Assembly (NCBI GenBank): GCA_021846005.1
Contig: JAJZIZ010000001.1
Location: 1-32,409 of the forward strand
DNA from: Candidatus Micrarchaeota archaeon
GTDB lineage: Archaea > Micrarchaeota > Micrarchaeia > Micrarchaeales > CABMGC01
DNA: 32,409 nucleotides
Direction: 5' to 3'
In this document: one piece after another, positions 17,285-26,421 of the stretch
Position numbering within the stretch: the stretch's first letter is position 1
Layout: each line of letters starts with the position of its first letter
Made by a program: the position numbers and the translations under genes
Notes under the pieces: model-generated
Seen by the model: only the letters and a program-made list of their open reading frames with translations
Databases searched by the model: none
What the model was told of the DNA's origin: nothing

Positions 17285-20028
17285 GCCCTGCCTTTTTTTA
17301 TCCTTATCTTGATCCTTCCTGATTTTCCTGATGCCCTTGCCTTGCTTTGTTTTGCCGGTTTCTTTCTTGCTGGTTTTCCATCGATTCTTTCCATTACCAG
17401 CCTGTGAAGTTCCCTCAGGTGCCTTCTCCTGTCCTTCATCATTATTATGTCGGAAGCCCCTACTGCTATTATATTGTGTGAAAAAGGCGAAGGGACATCT
17501 GTCTCTATGGCCTTGAAGGCTATCCCGCCATTCTTGATCTTCTTGATGACTTCCTTGGTTCTGGGGAGGTCCATGACGTCTTCCATTATTTCCCTGTATG
17601 TCTCTTTTATTATAGGGAAATTGGGGCTTATCTCCTCGGCAGCTTTCAGTATGAGCTGGGCATTTATCTGCTGTTTTCTGACACTTATTTTTTTGCCTTT
17701 ATAATTTCTGAGTATCATGAAGCTTCTTGCCGCAGAATACCTGAATCTTCTCTTCATCATTTCTGTCCTTCTTATATTGGCTTTCAGAAGCCTTTCCGGA
17801 TCGGTTTCCACAAGCTCCTCCATTATTCCTTTCACGTCCTTCATGTCGAATTCCGTCCTGTTTCCTGTAGATATTGCAAAGCCGTTGTCGTTGACGTTTA
17901 TGGCAACATCGGTCTGGTAAAGCTCTCCGACTATTACTCCTAATATCCTGGACAATGCATCGTTGACCCTTCTTCCATAAAGGCTATGGAATACAAGGAC
18001 ATCTCTCTCTTCCTCGGGCTCGACTGTTTTCTCAATGAGGATAAGTTTATCATTCGGCACGCTGCCAGCATACAGCATCTGTTCTGCAAAGTAAAGATAT
18101 GCCGAATTCTTCGCATTTTCATCCATCGGCATTTCATCAAGTATCTTTTGCCATTCTTCCTTTTCCGCGTTTTTCTTTCCTTTGGCCATTATTGCAGCAA
18201 GTCTGCCTTTTTCTACCGAAGCCCCAACAGCGTCCCCGAACCTCTTTCTGAAATTTCCTATTTCAAGAGCAAGCTCATAGCTTAGCGGAAGCTGTTCCGA
18301 ATACCATGGCGGAATGGTCGGGATCTGGCCCGGCGCAGGGCTGACATAAGCATTCATGACTTTTGAGAATTCATACCTGTAAGGTTTCCCTGCAAGAACG
18401 AATATGTCTCCGGGCTTGAGCCTTGCAAGGAATTCCTCCTCTATGCTGCCTATCCATTTCTTGTCTATTGTCATGACATCTATGGCTACTTCGTCTGGTA
18501 TTGTGCCTATATTGAGGAAATAGATGAGTTTTGTAAGTTTGCCTCTCTTTCCGAACGTCTTCTCCTTTTCGTCATACCATATCTTCCCGTATACTCTCCT
18601 GCTTTCAAGCCCGACATACATTCCTGAAAGGTATTCCAGCAATGCTATGAAATCCTTTCTTTCCAGGGTATGGTACGGATAGGACTTCTTTACTGTAAAA
18701 TATGCCTCGTCTATATCCCATTTTTTTACCTGCGACATGCCTACTATATGCTGCGCCAGCACGTCAAGGGCATTTTTCGGCGCTATCCCGGAATCGAGAT
18801 GCCTCTTCTTCGCCGCATCAAGCATGACCGAGCACTCTATAAGGTCATCCCTGTTGGTCACTATGACTTCCCCTCTTGCAATATCGTTGAAGCTGTGGCC
18901 GCTCCTTCCAATTCTCTGTATGGCCCTAGCGACGCTTTTTGGCGATCCGATTTGTATGACGTTGTCTATTGTCCCTATGTCTATGCCAAGCTCAAGGCTG
19001 GTTGATGATACGACCGCCTTCAATCCTCCTTTCTTGAGCAGTTCCTCAACGCCAAGCCTTGTTTCCCTGGACAAGGAACCGTGGTGAGCTGCTATGGCAT
19101 CCTCCCCGTATTTGTATCTGCTTATTAAGTTGTAGACTACACGTTCTGTTCCGCTTCTGGTGTTTGTAAAGACCAGGGTTGTCTTGTTCTTTTTTATTAT
19201 GCCGTCTAACGTCGAATATATGGCATTCTCTACATTCTCATCCTTCTCGTTTATCATGTCCTTGACTGGGCTAATTGTAGTATAATCCATTTTCTTGTCC
19301 CAAGTTGCGTCTATTATATAGCAGTCCCTCGTATCCTTTTCATCCTTGTATCCTGCTATAAACTTCGCACCTTCTTCAAGCGGATGCATGGTGGCGCCCA
19401 GGCCTATCCTTACAAAATCATGGCCTATCTGCTCGGCAAGCCTCTCTATCGAGAGCGAAAGATGGACTCCTCTCTTGTTGTTTGCAAGCTCGTGAAGCTC
19501 GTCGACTATAAAATACCGTACCTCTTTCAGGTTCTCTGCGAATCTTGTGGAATTTATGAGTATGGCAAGGCTCTCCGGAGTCGTAACCAGTATGTTTGGC
19601 GGGTGGGCCAGCATCCTCTGCCTGTCTTTCTGCGGAGTGTCTCCTGTTCTTATGCCTGCGCTGATCCTCTTCACAGGTATCGATATCTCCTTGTATATCT
19701 CCTCCAGCGGCACGCTGAGATTCCTATATATGTCGTTATTCAGTGCCCTGAGGGGCGAGACATATATGCAGTAAACCTTCTCCTCCAGCTTTTCCTGCAA
19801 GGAAAGATTCATAAGGTCGCTTATGACTGCCATGAATGCCGAAAATGTCTTGCCGCTTCCTGTCGGCGCCGTTATCAGCAGGTTCTTTTTCTCGCCTACA
19901 AGTTTAAACGAGTATCTTTGCGGCGGTGTCGGTTCCTTATACCTTCCTTCAAACCATTTCCTGACAAACGGATTCAGGCTCTCGAGGCTTTCTTTTGCTG
20001 TAAAAGGGTTCCTGTAAAATTCAATCAT
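17281..20028 (-). CDS. lhr: Lhr-type ATP-dependent SF2 helicase (Lhr-core)
   Basis: Motif I APTGSGKT, motif II VDELHE, motif VI QRIGRSGH and ~915 aa with a long C-terminal Lhr-like domain. ATG at 20028 (MIEFYRNPF) is preferred over 20112. Confidence 0.85.
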   Translation of the reverse strand: MIEFYRNPFTAKESLESLNPFVRKWFEGRYKEPTPPQRYSFKLVGEKKNLLITAPTGSGKTFSAFMAVISDLMNLSLQEKLEEKVYCIYVSPLRALNNDIYRNLSVPLEEIYKEISIPVKRISAGIRTGDTPQKDRQRMLAHPPNILVTTPESLAILINSTRFAENLKEVRYFIVDELHELANNKRGVHLSLSIERLAEQIGHDFVRIGLGATMHPLEEGAKFIAGYKDEKDTRDCYIIDATWDKKMDYTTISPVKDMINEKDENVENAIYSTLDGIIKKNKTTLVFTNTRSGTERVVYNLISRYKYGEDAIAAHHGSLSRETRLGVEELLKKGGLKAVVSSTSLELGIDIGTIDNVIQIGSPKSVARAIQRIGRSGHSFNDIARGEVIVTNRDDLIECSVMLDAAKKRHLDSGIAPKNALDVLAQHIVGMSQVKKWDIDEAYFTVKKSYPYHTLERKDFIALLEYLSGMYVGLESRRVYGKIWYDEKEKTFGKRGKLTKLIYFLNIGTIPDEVAIDVMTIDKKWIGSIEEEFLARLKPGDIFVLAGKPYRYEFSKVMNAYVSPAPGQIPTIPPWYSEQLPLSYELALEIGNFRKRFGDAVGASVEKGRLAAIMAKGKKNAEKEEWQKILDEMPMDENAKNSAYLYFAEQMLYAGSVPNDKLILIEKTVEPEEERDVLVFHSLYGRRVNDALSRILGVIVGELYQTDVAINVNDNGFAISTGNRTEFDMKDVKGIMEELVETDPERLLKANIRRTEMMKRRFRYSAARSFMILRNYKGKKISVRKQQINAQLILKAAEEISPNFPIIKETYREIMEDVMDLPRTKEVIKKIKNGGIAFKAIETDVPSPFSHNIIAVGASDIIMMKDRRRHLRELHRLVMERIDGKPARKKPAKQSKARASGKSGRIKIRIKKGRA

Positions 20029-20183
20029 AAAACCGCCGGATGTCATGTAAGAGCAAAAAACGACAATAGTATTATGCATGAAAAAATATAATAAACAAGG
20101 CAATATCGCCAATGTAAGAATATTTATTATTATCGCTGCCTATATTAAAACAACTGAGATATATTTTCACATAGGATGGTTTT

Positions 20184-20930
20184 TTGTTCGAATTAAAAAT
20201 AGACAACGCAAAGTATTGGAAGGACTGCATAGGCGCAATAGTAGGCTTAGTTGATGAAGGGCTTTTCAACATAACGAAAGACGGCATAAGCCTCAAGGCA
20301 ATGGACCCGTCGAGCATAAGCATGATATCATTCGCAATGCCCAACAAATCATTTTCAAAATTCAACGTCGAGAAGCCGATAAGCATAGGGCTCAATATAG
20401 AGAATCTGGACAAGATGCTTTCCAGGACAAGGGACGGGGAATCTTTGGTAATGAAGGATTCGGACAACAAGCTGCTTATGGAATTCATAGGACCAAACGG
20501 CAGGAGACGGTACAAGCTCCAGCTCATAGAGGTCAAGAAGAGCGTCGAGAAAGAGCCAAACGTGGAATTTGACGCAAAGATAAAGATAAACGGCGAACCG
20601 CTAAAGGACATAATAAAGGACGCAGGACTCATATCCTCATACATTTCATTTAATGCCACCAAGAACCAATTCTCAGTAAGGGCGCGTGGCGATTCTTCCG
20701 AGCTCGAGGAATTCCATGAGACTGAAAACAGCGGCATAATGAAGCACATGGATGTCTCAAAGAATGCGGAATCAACCTTCAATCTCGAGTTCCTGGAGAA
20801 CATGGTGAAGTCGTGCCCTGCAGGCAACGATATAGATATCGCTTTGAGGTCCATCGAGCCGATGAAGCTTGGATATAACATAGGCGATGCAAACGTCACG
20901 TACTTCCTGGCTCCTTACATGGAGGAATGA
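20184..20930 (+). CDS. pcn: DNA polymerase sliding clamp PCNA
   Basis: 248 aa. The typical archaeal PCNA N-terminus is present (FELKIDNAKYWKDCIGAIVGLVDEGLFNITKDGISLKAMDPS). TTG start. Confidence 0.9.
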   Translation: MFELKIDNAKYWKDCIGAIVGLVDEGLFNITKDGISLKAMDPSSISMISFAMPNKSFSKFNVEKPISIGLNIENLDKMLSRTRDGESLVMKDSDNKLLMEFIGPNGRRRYKLQLIEVKKSVEKEPNVEFDAKIKINGEPLKDIIKDAGLISSYISFNATKNQFSVRARGDSSELEEFHETENSGIMKHMDVSKNAESTFNLEFLENMVKSCPAGNDIDIALRSIEPMKLGYNIGDANVTYFLAPYMEE

Positions 20931-20966
20931 TTCCTTCGGCGGTTTCTCCAAACCGGTTGCATATAG

Positions 20967-21203
20967 ATGGCCAGCATACAGGAAAGGATAATAAAAGACA
21001 TAGCGATATTCGATAAAAACATTCTATCGTTATCGGCGCATGACCTCAGCCCCGGGCAAAAGGAGATAGTGGAGCTTGCCGCAATGTATGCAAAGGATTC
21101 CAAGTCCTTCCTTGACAAAGGAGATTTCTACACTTCATTCTCCGCCATAGCGTATGCGCATGGGCTTCTTGACTCCATAATAAAACTAAACCAGAAAATG
21201 TGA
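20967..21203 (+). CDS. DUF357-family archaeal protein
   Basis: YAKDSKSFLDKGDFYTSFSAIAYAHGLLDS matches the DUF357 core. ATGA overlap with trm1. Confidence 0.7.
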   Translation: MASIQERIIKDIAIFDKNILSLSAHDLSPGQKEIVELAAMYAKDSKSFLDKGDFYTSFSAIAYAHGLLDSIIKLNQKM

Positions 21204-22306
21204 TTATGATTGACATCGAGGTAAAAGAAGGCAGCGCTGAAATAGAAGTCGCCGAAGGGGTATTTTTCAATCCGAAAATGAAATGCCTGCGTGACATTTC
21301 TGTGGCATTCCTAAATGCAATCGGTTCAAAAGGAAACTCCCTTATTGATTGCACATCTGCCACTGGCATAAGAGGGATAAGATACTTTAAGGAAGCCGGC
21401 ATATCAGGCCTCACCCTTCTTGACACTAACGAAAAAGCCGCCAAGAATACCTTGAAGAATCTCAAGAAAAACAGGATAAAGGCAGTGTCATTAAACATCG
21501 ACCTTGAGAAATTCGCCGCCGGCTCCGAACAGAAATTCAACATAATAGATCTTGACCCGTTTGGTTCTCCTGCCCCATACGTAAGGGACATTCTGAAGAT
21601 ATCGGAAGACGGCACTATTGTGATGCTTACTGCAACAGATACTGCAGTTCTATGCGGCGCCCACTCGAAAGCCTGCGTAAAGCAGTATGCCTCTGCACCT
21701 ATGCACAATCACCTATGCAAGGAAGCCGGAATCAGAATCCTCATAAGCTACTTCATGCGCAAGGCGTCAGAATTCAATTTTGGTACAGAGCTCCTGATAA
21801 GCATATCCGACATGCATTACATGCGCCTCTTCCTGAGGCTCAGGAAAGGAGCGCAGAAAGCTTACGATTCAATGATGCAGACAGGCTTCGGAGCATACTG
21901 CAACTCCTGCTTTTCATTCTCGTGCATGCCGGGTATAGCTCCGGCAATCAGCTCCGTCTGCCATGCATGCGGTTCCAAGACGAAATTGTTCGGTCCCATA
22001 TTTCTGGGAAAGCTGAATGACAAGGCATTGGCAGGAAAAATGCTCAAGGAAATGGACGAATCCGGATGCGGCTACAAGACAATAAGCGCCGTATGCAAGG
22101 AACTCGACACCCCATTTTTCTATCATCTTCCAACGTTAACCCGCAAGCTTAAGACAAGTTCAGTGCCATTTCATAAAGTCTCAGAAATACTGGAAGAAAA
22201 AGGATTCATCTGCACTAGGACTGCCTTCAATGAATCGGGAATAAAGACAGATGCCCCTATTGCCGAGCTGCTCTCTGCGATAAGCAAGGCTAAGGAGCTA
22301 CGATAG
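21200..22306 (+). CDS. trm1: tRNA (guanine26-N2)-dimethyltransferase Trm1
   Basis: FFNPKMKCLRD, IIDLDPFGSPAPY and a Cys cluster (C..C...C..C) in the C-terminal domain. Confidence 0.85.
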   Translation: MIMIDIEVKEGSAEIEVAEGVFFNPKMKCLRDISVAFLNAIGSKGNSLIDCTSATGIRGIRYFKEAGISGLTLLDTNEKAAKNTLKNLKKNRIKAVSLNIDLEKFAAGSEQKFNIIDLDPFGSPAPYVRDILKISEDGTIVMLTATDTAVLCGAHSKACVKQYASAPMHNHLCKEAGIRILISYFMRKASEFNFGTELLISISDMHYMRLFLRLRKGAQKAYDSMMQTGFGAYCNSCFSFSCMPGIAPAISSVCHACGSKTKLFGPIFLGKLNDKALAGKMLKEMDESGCGYKTISAVCKELDTPFFYHLPTLTRKLKTSSVPFHKVSEILEEKGFICTRTAFNESGIKTDAPIAELLSAISKAKELR

Positions 22307-23147
22307 TTGCCGATTTGTATTTCAGCACAGCCTCCGCCTTTTCAATATTCCCTATTGCCGCTCTCCTTCCTGTTTTTTCTGCAAAGTCTATACACGCGTT
22401 GACCTTCGGAAGCATGCTTCCCTTCTCAAAACAACCAAGACTTGCATATTCCCTTGCCTTTGGGGTCTTCATTCTTCTGATTGGTCCCTTTCCTCTTTTC
22501 TCAAAATTCAAATACGCCCCATCCACGTTTGTCAGTATGAAAAAACCATCCGCATTCACCTTCTCTGCAAGAAGCGCAGATGTCATGTCCTTGTCTATTA
22601 CCGCATCTGCCCTCCTGCGCCTGCCTTTTGAGATTATCATTGCGGCTCCGCCGCCTCCTGCGGCAATCACGATATTTCCTTTCTCGAGCAGAATCATTAT
22701 CTTATTAAGTTCAAATATTCTGAGCGGCGCGGGCGAAGGGACAACAATCCTGAATCCGTTTTCCAGTTTCTTGACTTCAAATTTCTTCCTGCCTCTTGGT
22801 ACATCTGCTTCATAGTGATAAAATTTTCCTATGGGTTTTGAAGGATCTGAAAATTCCCTGTCGCGCATGGACACGAGCGTTCTTGTCCTGACTATCTCAA
22901 CATCCGCCATACTGCAATTTTCAAGTATGGCCTTTCTTATTTCCCTGCCTATGCTATCCTGCGTCTCTTCAGTGAGGAGGCTCAGGCTCCTTCCCTCTTT
23001 AAGATAGAGCTCCCCAACCTGCGGTCCGTTGCCATGTGTTATTACTATGCTGTGCCCTCTTGAATGCAGCCCGCATACTGTTCTGGCAACAACCGCCGCG
23101 TTTTTCTTTTCAAGGGCATTTCCTCCAAGCGCAATGACATATCTCAA
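22290..23147 (-). CDS. arcC: carbamate kinase
   Basis: VIALGGNAL, ITHGNGPQVG, AAGGGG, AVIDKD and GSMLPKV motifs. TTG at 23147 (M-RYVIALGG) is preferred over the upstream ATG at 23210. The 3' end overlaps the trm1 3' end by 17 nt (convergent). Confidence 0.85.
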   Translation of the reverse strand: MRYVIALGGNALEKKNAAVVARTVCGLHSRGHSIVITHGNGPQVGELYLKEGRSLSLLTEETQDSIGREIRKAILENCSMADVEIVRTRTLVSMRDREFSDPSKPIGKFYHYEADVPRGRKKFEVKKLENGFRIVVPSPAPLRIFELNKIMILLEKGNIVIAAGGGGAAMIISKGRRRRADAVIDKDMTSALLAEKVNADGFFILTNVDGAYLNFEKRGKGPIRRMKTPKAREYASLGCFEKGSMLPKVNACIDFAEKTGRRAAIGNIEKAEAVLKYKSATIVAP

Positions 23148-23229
23148 AGAAAGACCACACAAAACTTCATATCGTAAGTTATAAATGATTATTCCGAACA
23201 GATAATACAAAACCTACGGGGATGCGCAG

Positions 23230-23901
23230 ATGCAAAAGAAGCCTAGTGTAAGCGTAATAATACCTACTATAAGCGAGCAAAGCGTCTTCAAGATGGTGAA
23301 AGACATCCGCAGCCAGCTTGGCAAAGAGACCGAAATAATAATAGTGGACAAAAGCGACGACTCCTACTATCGGAAGCTCATCAAGACAGGCGCCACCGTA
23401 ATAAGGCAAAAAGACAGCGGCATTGAAAACGCGATAATGACGGGGCTCAGGAGCGCGCACGGAACCCTTCTGGCAAGCATAGATGCCGACGGCACCCATG
23501 AACTTGAAGGCATAAAGCGCGGAATCGCCATGATCGGCAAAAAGAATGCCGACATGATACTGGGGAACAGGATGGCAGGGTTATCCGAAGGCTCAATGAA
23601 TTTCTACCTGCAGACTGGAAACAATATACTTACCGATCTCTTCAATATCGCATACGGGACGCATATACATGATGTATTGACAGGCCTTTTTGTAATGAAG
23701 CGAAGCGCATTCCAGGACATAAAGGAGGTGCAGCCGTATAGGGCAGGAATAGCCTTCTTCGTGGTGGAACTTGCAAAGAAAGGATATAAAATCGACGAAA
23801 TTCCTATCAAATACTATCCTAGGAAGGAAGGGGTCTCAAAGATAGCCAAGTCAAAGTTCGCCTACGGCATCGGAGTCGCCTCCCACATCCTCTTCAAATA
23901 G
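23230..23901 (+). CDS. family 2 glycosyltransferase (dolichyl-phosphate sugar synthase-like)
   Basis: VSVIIPT start, DKSDD and IDADGTH (DXD) motifs. 223 aa. Confidence 0.8.
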   Translation: MQKKPSVSVIIPTISEQSVFKMVKDIRSQLGKETEIIIVDKSDDSYYRKLIKTGATVIRQKDSGIENAIMTGLRSAHGTLLASIDADGTHELEGIKRGIAMIGKKNADMILGNRMAGLSEGSMNFYLQTGNNILTDLFNIAYGTHIHDVLTGLFVMKRSAFQDIKEVQPYRAGIAFFVVELAKKGYKIDEIPIKYYPRKEGVSKIAKSKFAYGIGVASHILFK

Positions 23902-23996
23902 TATGCAATAGCATCTCAGGCCTCAAGGTTCTGCAAATAGCAAATCCATACAAAACCTTTTTATTTCAGAAAAAACAAACGCCAAATCAGATTTGA

Positions 23997-25187
23997 ATGG
24001 GCTACACCACAAAAACCTCAATGGCCGCATTGCAGAGGTTGGGTATGGGTTTTATTTACGGACATAGGCATCTCAATACCGAACCAATTCAGGAAAAACA
24101 AATCGCAGCGTATCCAAGGTTGGAAAAAACAACAGAAGTTGACGGGCTTAAGATAAGCTATTTCGAGGCCGGAAACCCCGATCATCCTCTTCTCTTGCTG
24201 GTTCACGGAATAGCGAGCAACAAAAAGGTATGGCAGAGAAGTATAGACGGGGGAGAACTCTCAAAATCCGAGCCCGCGTTTGCCGCTTCCATGAAAATGC
24301 TTCACAGAAAACAATACAGGCAAGAGGTAAACTCATTGTCTAGGAACTTCAGGGTCATAGCCCCTGATCTTCCAGGTTTCGGAGAGAGCGTGAAACCCGA
24401 ACGCGTCACGCATGAATACCTTGTAGGTTCCTTCATGCCAAAATTCGTGAAAAGCCTCGGCATAGACAAAATGCACCTTGCAGGTATATCTATGGGCGGA
24501 GCAGTAGCCTTGGGGTATTCCATCAGAAATCCAGAAACCATCGCGTCGTTGCATCTCATGTGCCCTTTTGGTCTGGAACCCTATGGCCTTGGCCCAATAG
24601 CCATGCTGGCTTTGAGAAATACTACTATAAGCAAAACCGGAATCTCAATAGCGACCAGTGACAAGTTTGGAAAGCAGATTACAAAATTATACTCTTTCCT
24701 TGGGGCTCTGGGTCAGGGGTCAAACAGCAATATGAGATCCATCATTTCATATATGGCAGCGATGGACGACTCTTCCCTTGAATGGCTTAGCGACCAGGTT
24801 CATGATTCTATCTTCAAGATCCTAAAGGGCAGCCCGATGAAGACAGACTACAGTTCAGACCTTCCTTTATTGTCTGAAAAAATAAAGCACATAACATTAT
24901 ATCACGATCCAAAGGATCCCATAATCCCATTTAGAAATACCCTCAACGCATATGAGAAGCTCAAGGCAGGCGGCAATGCAGAGCCAAAACTTGTTGGCAT
25001 GTATGGAGTTGGCCATCAATTATATATGAATCCCGGATATCTGAATGAGAGAATGCTTGAAACAATCTCTGCGCTCTCCAGATCTGCCATGGAAGAAACA
25101 AGCACACCGCCTGCTCCAAAAAAGAATCTAGCCCAGAAGCTTATAGCGCGAATAAACGGCATGTTCGCGGTAAAAGAAAACAGCTAG
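23997..25187 (+). CDS. alpha/beta-fold hydrolase
   Basis: LLLVHGIASN (oxyanion region), nucleophile elbow GISMGG and a C-terminal GVGHQ catalytic His region. Confidence 0.75.
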   Translation: MGYTTKTSMAALQRLGMGFIYGHRHLNTEPIQEKQIAAYPRLEKTTEVDGLKISYFEAGNPDHPLLLLVHGIASNKKVWQRSIDGGELSKSEPAFAASMKMLHRKQYRQEVNSLSRNFRVIAPDLPGFGESVKPERVTHEYLVGSFMPKFVKSLGIDKMHLAGISMGGAVALGYSIRNPETIASLHLMCPFGLEPYGLGPIAMLALRNTTISKTGISIATSDKFGKQITKLYSFLGALGQGSNSNMRSIISYMAAMDDSSLEWLSDQVHDSIFKILKGSPMKTDYSSDLPLLSEKIKHITLYHDPKDPIIPFRNTLNAYEKLKAGGNAEPKLVGMYGVGHQLYMNPGYLNERMLETISALSRSAMEETSTPPAPKKNLAQKLIARINGMFAVKENS

Positions 25188-25221
25188 GCATCCGTTTCAG
25201 CGAGCCGTTAATCTAACTGCA

Positions 25222-25249
25222 TTTATTCAATTCTTTTTATTATGTGGTA
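25222..25249. repeat. left copy of a 28-nt direct repeat (20 nt perfect, 25230-25249) matching the parvulin gene 3' end
   Basis: tttattcaATTCTTTTTATTATGTGGTA aligns with ttcattccATTCTTTTTATTATGTGGTA at 26141-26168, with 2 mismatches in 28 nt. Confidence 0.9.
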
Positions 25250-25306
25250 ATCCACAGTTATTGGAATCTCTAACTGTATATATTCACTAACCTGCACAAA
25301 ATTCAT
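25223..25306 (-). other. 27-aa sORF ending in a relic parvulin C-terminus (..DYHIIKRIE*)
   Basis: MNFVQVSEYIQLEIPITVDYHIIKRIE. Its ATG overlaps the stop of the upstream Asn-rich gene (TGATG). The last 8 codons come from the duplicated parvulin 3' end. It may be non-functional. Confidence 0.3.
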
Positions 25307-25974
25307 CAGTTATTCGTATTTTGAATTATATTTATATCATTAAGACTTACATTAAGGAATGCCTGTGCTGTTGAATTAGCCGCGTTAAGATTGAGATTAT
25401 TCCCTATAGCAAGGTAAAATGTATACAATAGATACTTCCCGCTCGGCTTTTCCAGAGTAAAGAAGTAAACTGGAGTTGAGGGTTCTGCAACTGTAACCAC
25501 GGTTCCATTTATAACTCTGGAAGCGGAAAGTTGGGTCAACTGTCCGTTTGAAACAACATTAATTAACGCTCCATATGTTGTTTCGTAGTATAATTCTGTT
25601 ACATTATCGGGTAAATTGACTTGATTGTACTGTGAATTAAAAAGTTCGTTTAGTATCTTGTTGGAATTATTTAAAATATAATGAGATTCAACTAAAACAT
25701 CGGTGTTGTTTTTAAACAAAAATTTCTCTGTTTGTATAGAACTATCACTTATGTTGTTAATGTAGTCTGCTTTATAAGAGGCTATTAATCCGACCGTATT
25801 TAACCAACTAGCCTGCGAAGTAATATCAGTTGCATTTTTAAGGGTAAAATTATCCAGTTGAAGAGGCAGATTTGTTGAAACATTATAAGTTGGCGAATGA
25901 TTTGATAGGATTACAATAAACAACAGCAGTGATACTAAAATCACTATAATAATTATAATCAAAGGAGAGACCAC
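25306..25974 (-). CDS. N-terminally membrane-anchored Asn/Ser/Thr-rich extracellular protein
   Basis: GTG start, N-terminal hydrophobic helix (PLIIIIIVILVSLLLFIVILS) and 11 N-X-S/T sequons in 222 aa. The coding sequence looks AT-rich by eye. Confidence 0.6.
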   Translation of the reverse strand: MVSPLIIIIIVILVSLLLFIVILSNHSPTYNVSTNLPLQLDNFTLKNATDITSQASWLNTVGLIASYKADYINNISDSSIQTEKFLFKNNTDVLVESHYILNNSNKILNELFNSQYNQVNLPDNVTELYYETTYGALINVVSNGQLTQLSASRVINGTVVTVAEPSTPVYFFTLEKPSGKYLLYTFYLAIGNNLNLNAANSTAQAFLNVSLNDINIIQNTNN

Positions 25975-26140
25975 CGGACCACCATAACTGGTGGTGTATA
26001 AACTTATAAGAATCTTTTGGAGATAAACGAATCAACCGGAAAATTGTTTTGTCTCGGTGGTTTTACTTTGTTGTCGGATGAGTTAAGCGACAGTACGAAT
26101 ATTTACGCCAGTTAAAAGGCTTCCGAAAATTTTGAATCTC

Positions 26141-26168
26141 TTCATTCCATTCTTTTTATTATGTGGTA
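26141..26168. repeat. right copy of the 28-nt direct repeat (within the parvulin gene 3' end)
   Basis: See 25222-25249. This copy encodes the C-terminus YHIIKRME* of the intact gene. Confidence 0.9.
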
Positions 26169-26417
26169 GCCGAACTGGGTCTTGACTATCCCGGAAACTT
26201 CCCCTTTCTGCAGCGAGAATGCAGCTTCCTCAAATTCCCTTACCATTACTCCTCTTGTGAAGTCTCCAAGGTCGCCGCCTCTTCTTCTCGAGCCGTCAAT
26301 GGAATACTCGCCAGCAAGCTTGGCGAAATCCTCTCCGTTCTTGAGCTTGGCAAGGATTTCTTCTGCGGCGGCCTTGTTCTTTACAAGGATATGGGAGCAT
26401 CTTATGCTGTTCGCCAT
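26142..26417 (-). CDS. ppiC: parvulin-type peptidyl-prolyl cis-trans isomerase (PinA/PpiC-like)
   Basis: [27 protein letters not shown] and FGYHIIKR motifs. ATG at 26417 ([12 protein letters not shown]) gives the ~91 aa typical of archaeal single-domain parvulins. The track start 26447 would overlap the ferredoxin gene. Confidence 0.85.
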   Translation of the reverse strand: MANSIRCSHILVKNKAAAEEILAKLKNGEDFAKLAGEYSIDGSRRRGGDLGDFTRGVMVREFEEAAFSLQKGEVSGIVKTQFGYHIIKRME

Positions 26418-26421
26418 TTCA

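Noticed and set aside
20072-20899. 275-aa minus-strand ORF opposite PCNA. Similar long antisense ORFs lie at 21046-21708, 29219-29818, 27710-28216, 7745-8251, 8456-8926, 15728-16213, 19384-20091, 5960-6499 and 10905-11261.
   Set aside because: All lie antisense to genes with unmistakable family motifs. They have Ser/Leu/Phe/Ile-rich low-complexity products and no start-site signals. They are shadow ORFs of the real genes.
25296-25310. CTGATGA on the minus strand, which looks like a C/D-box sRNA C box.
   Set aside because: It is simply the TGA/ATG stop-start overlap of the Asn-rich gene and the 27-aa sORF. No matching D box or guide arrangement was seen.
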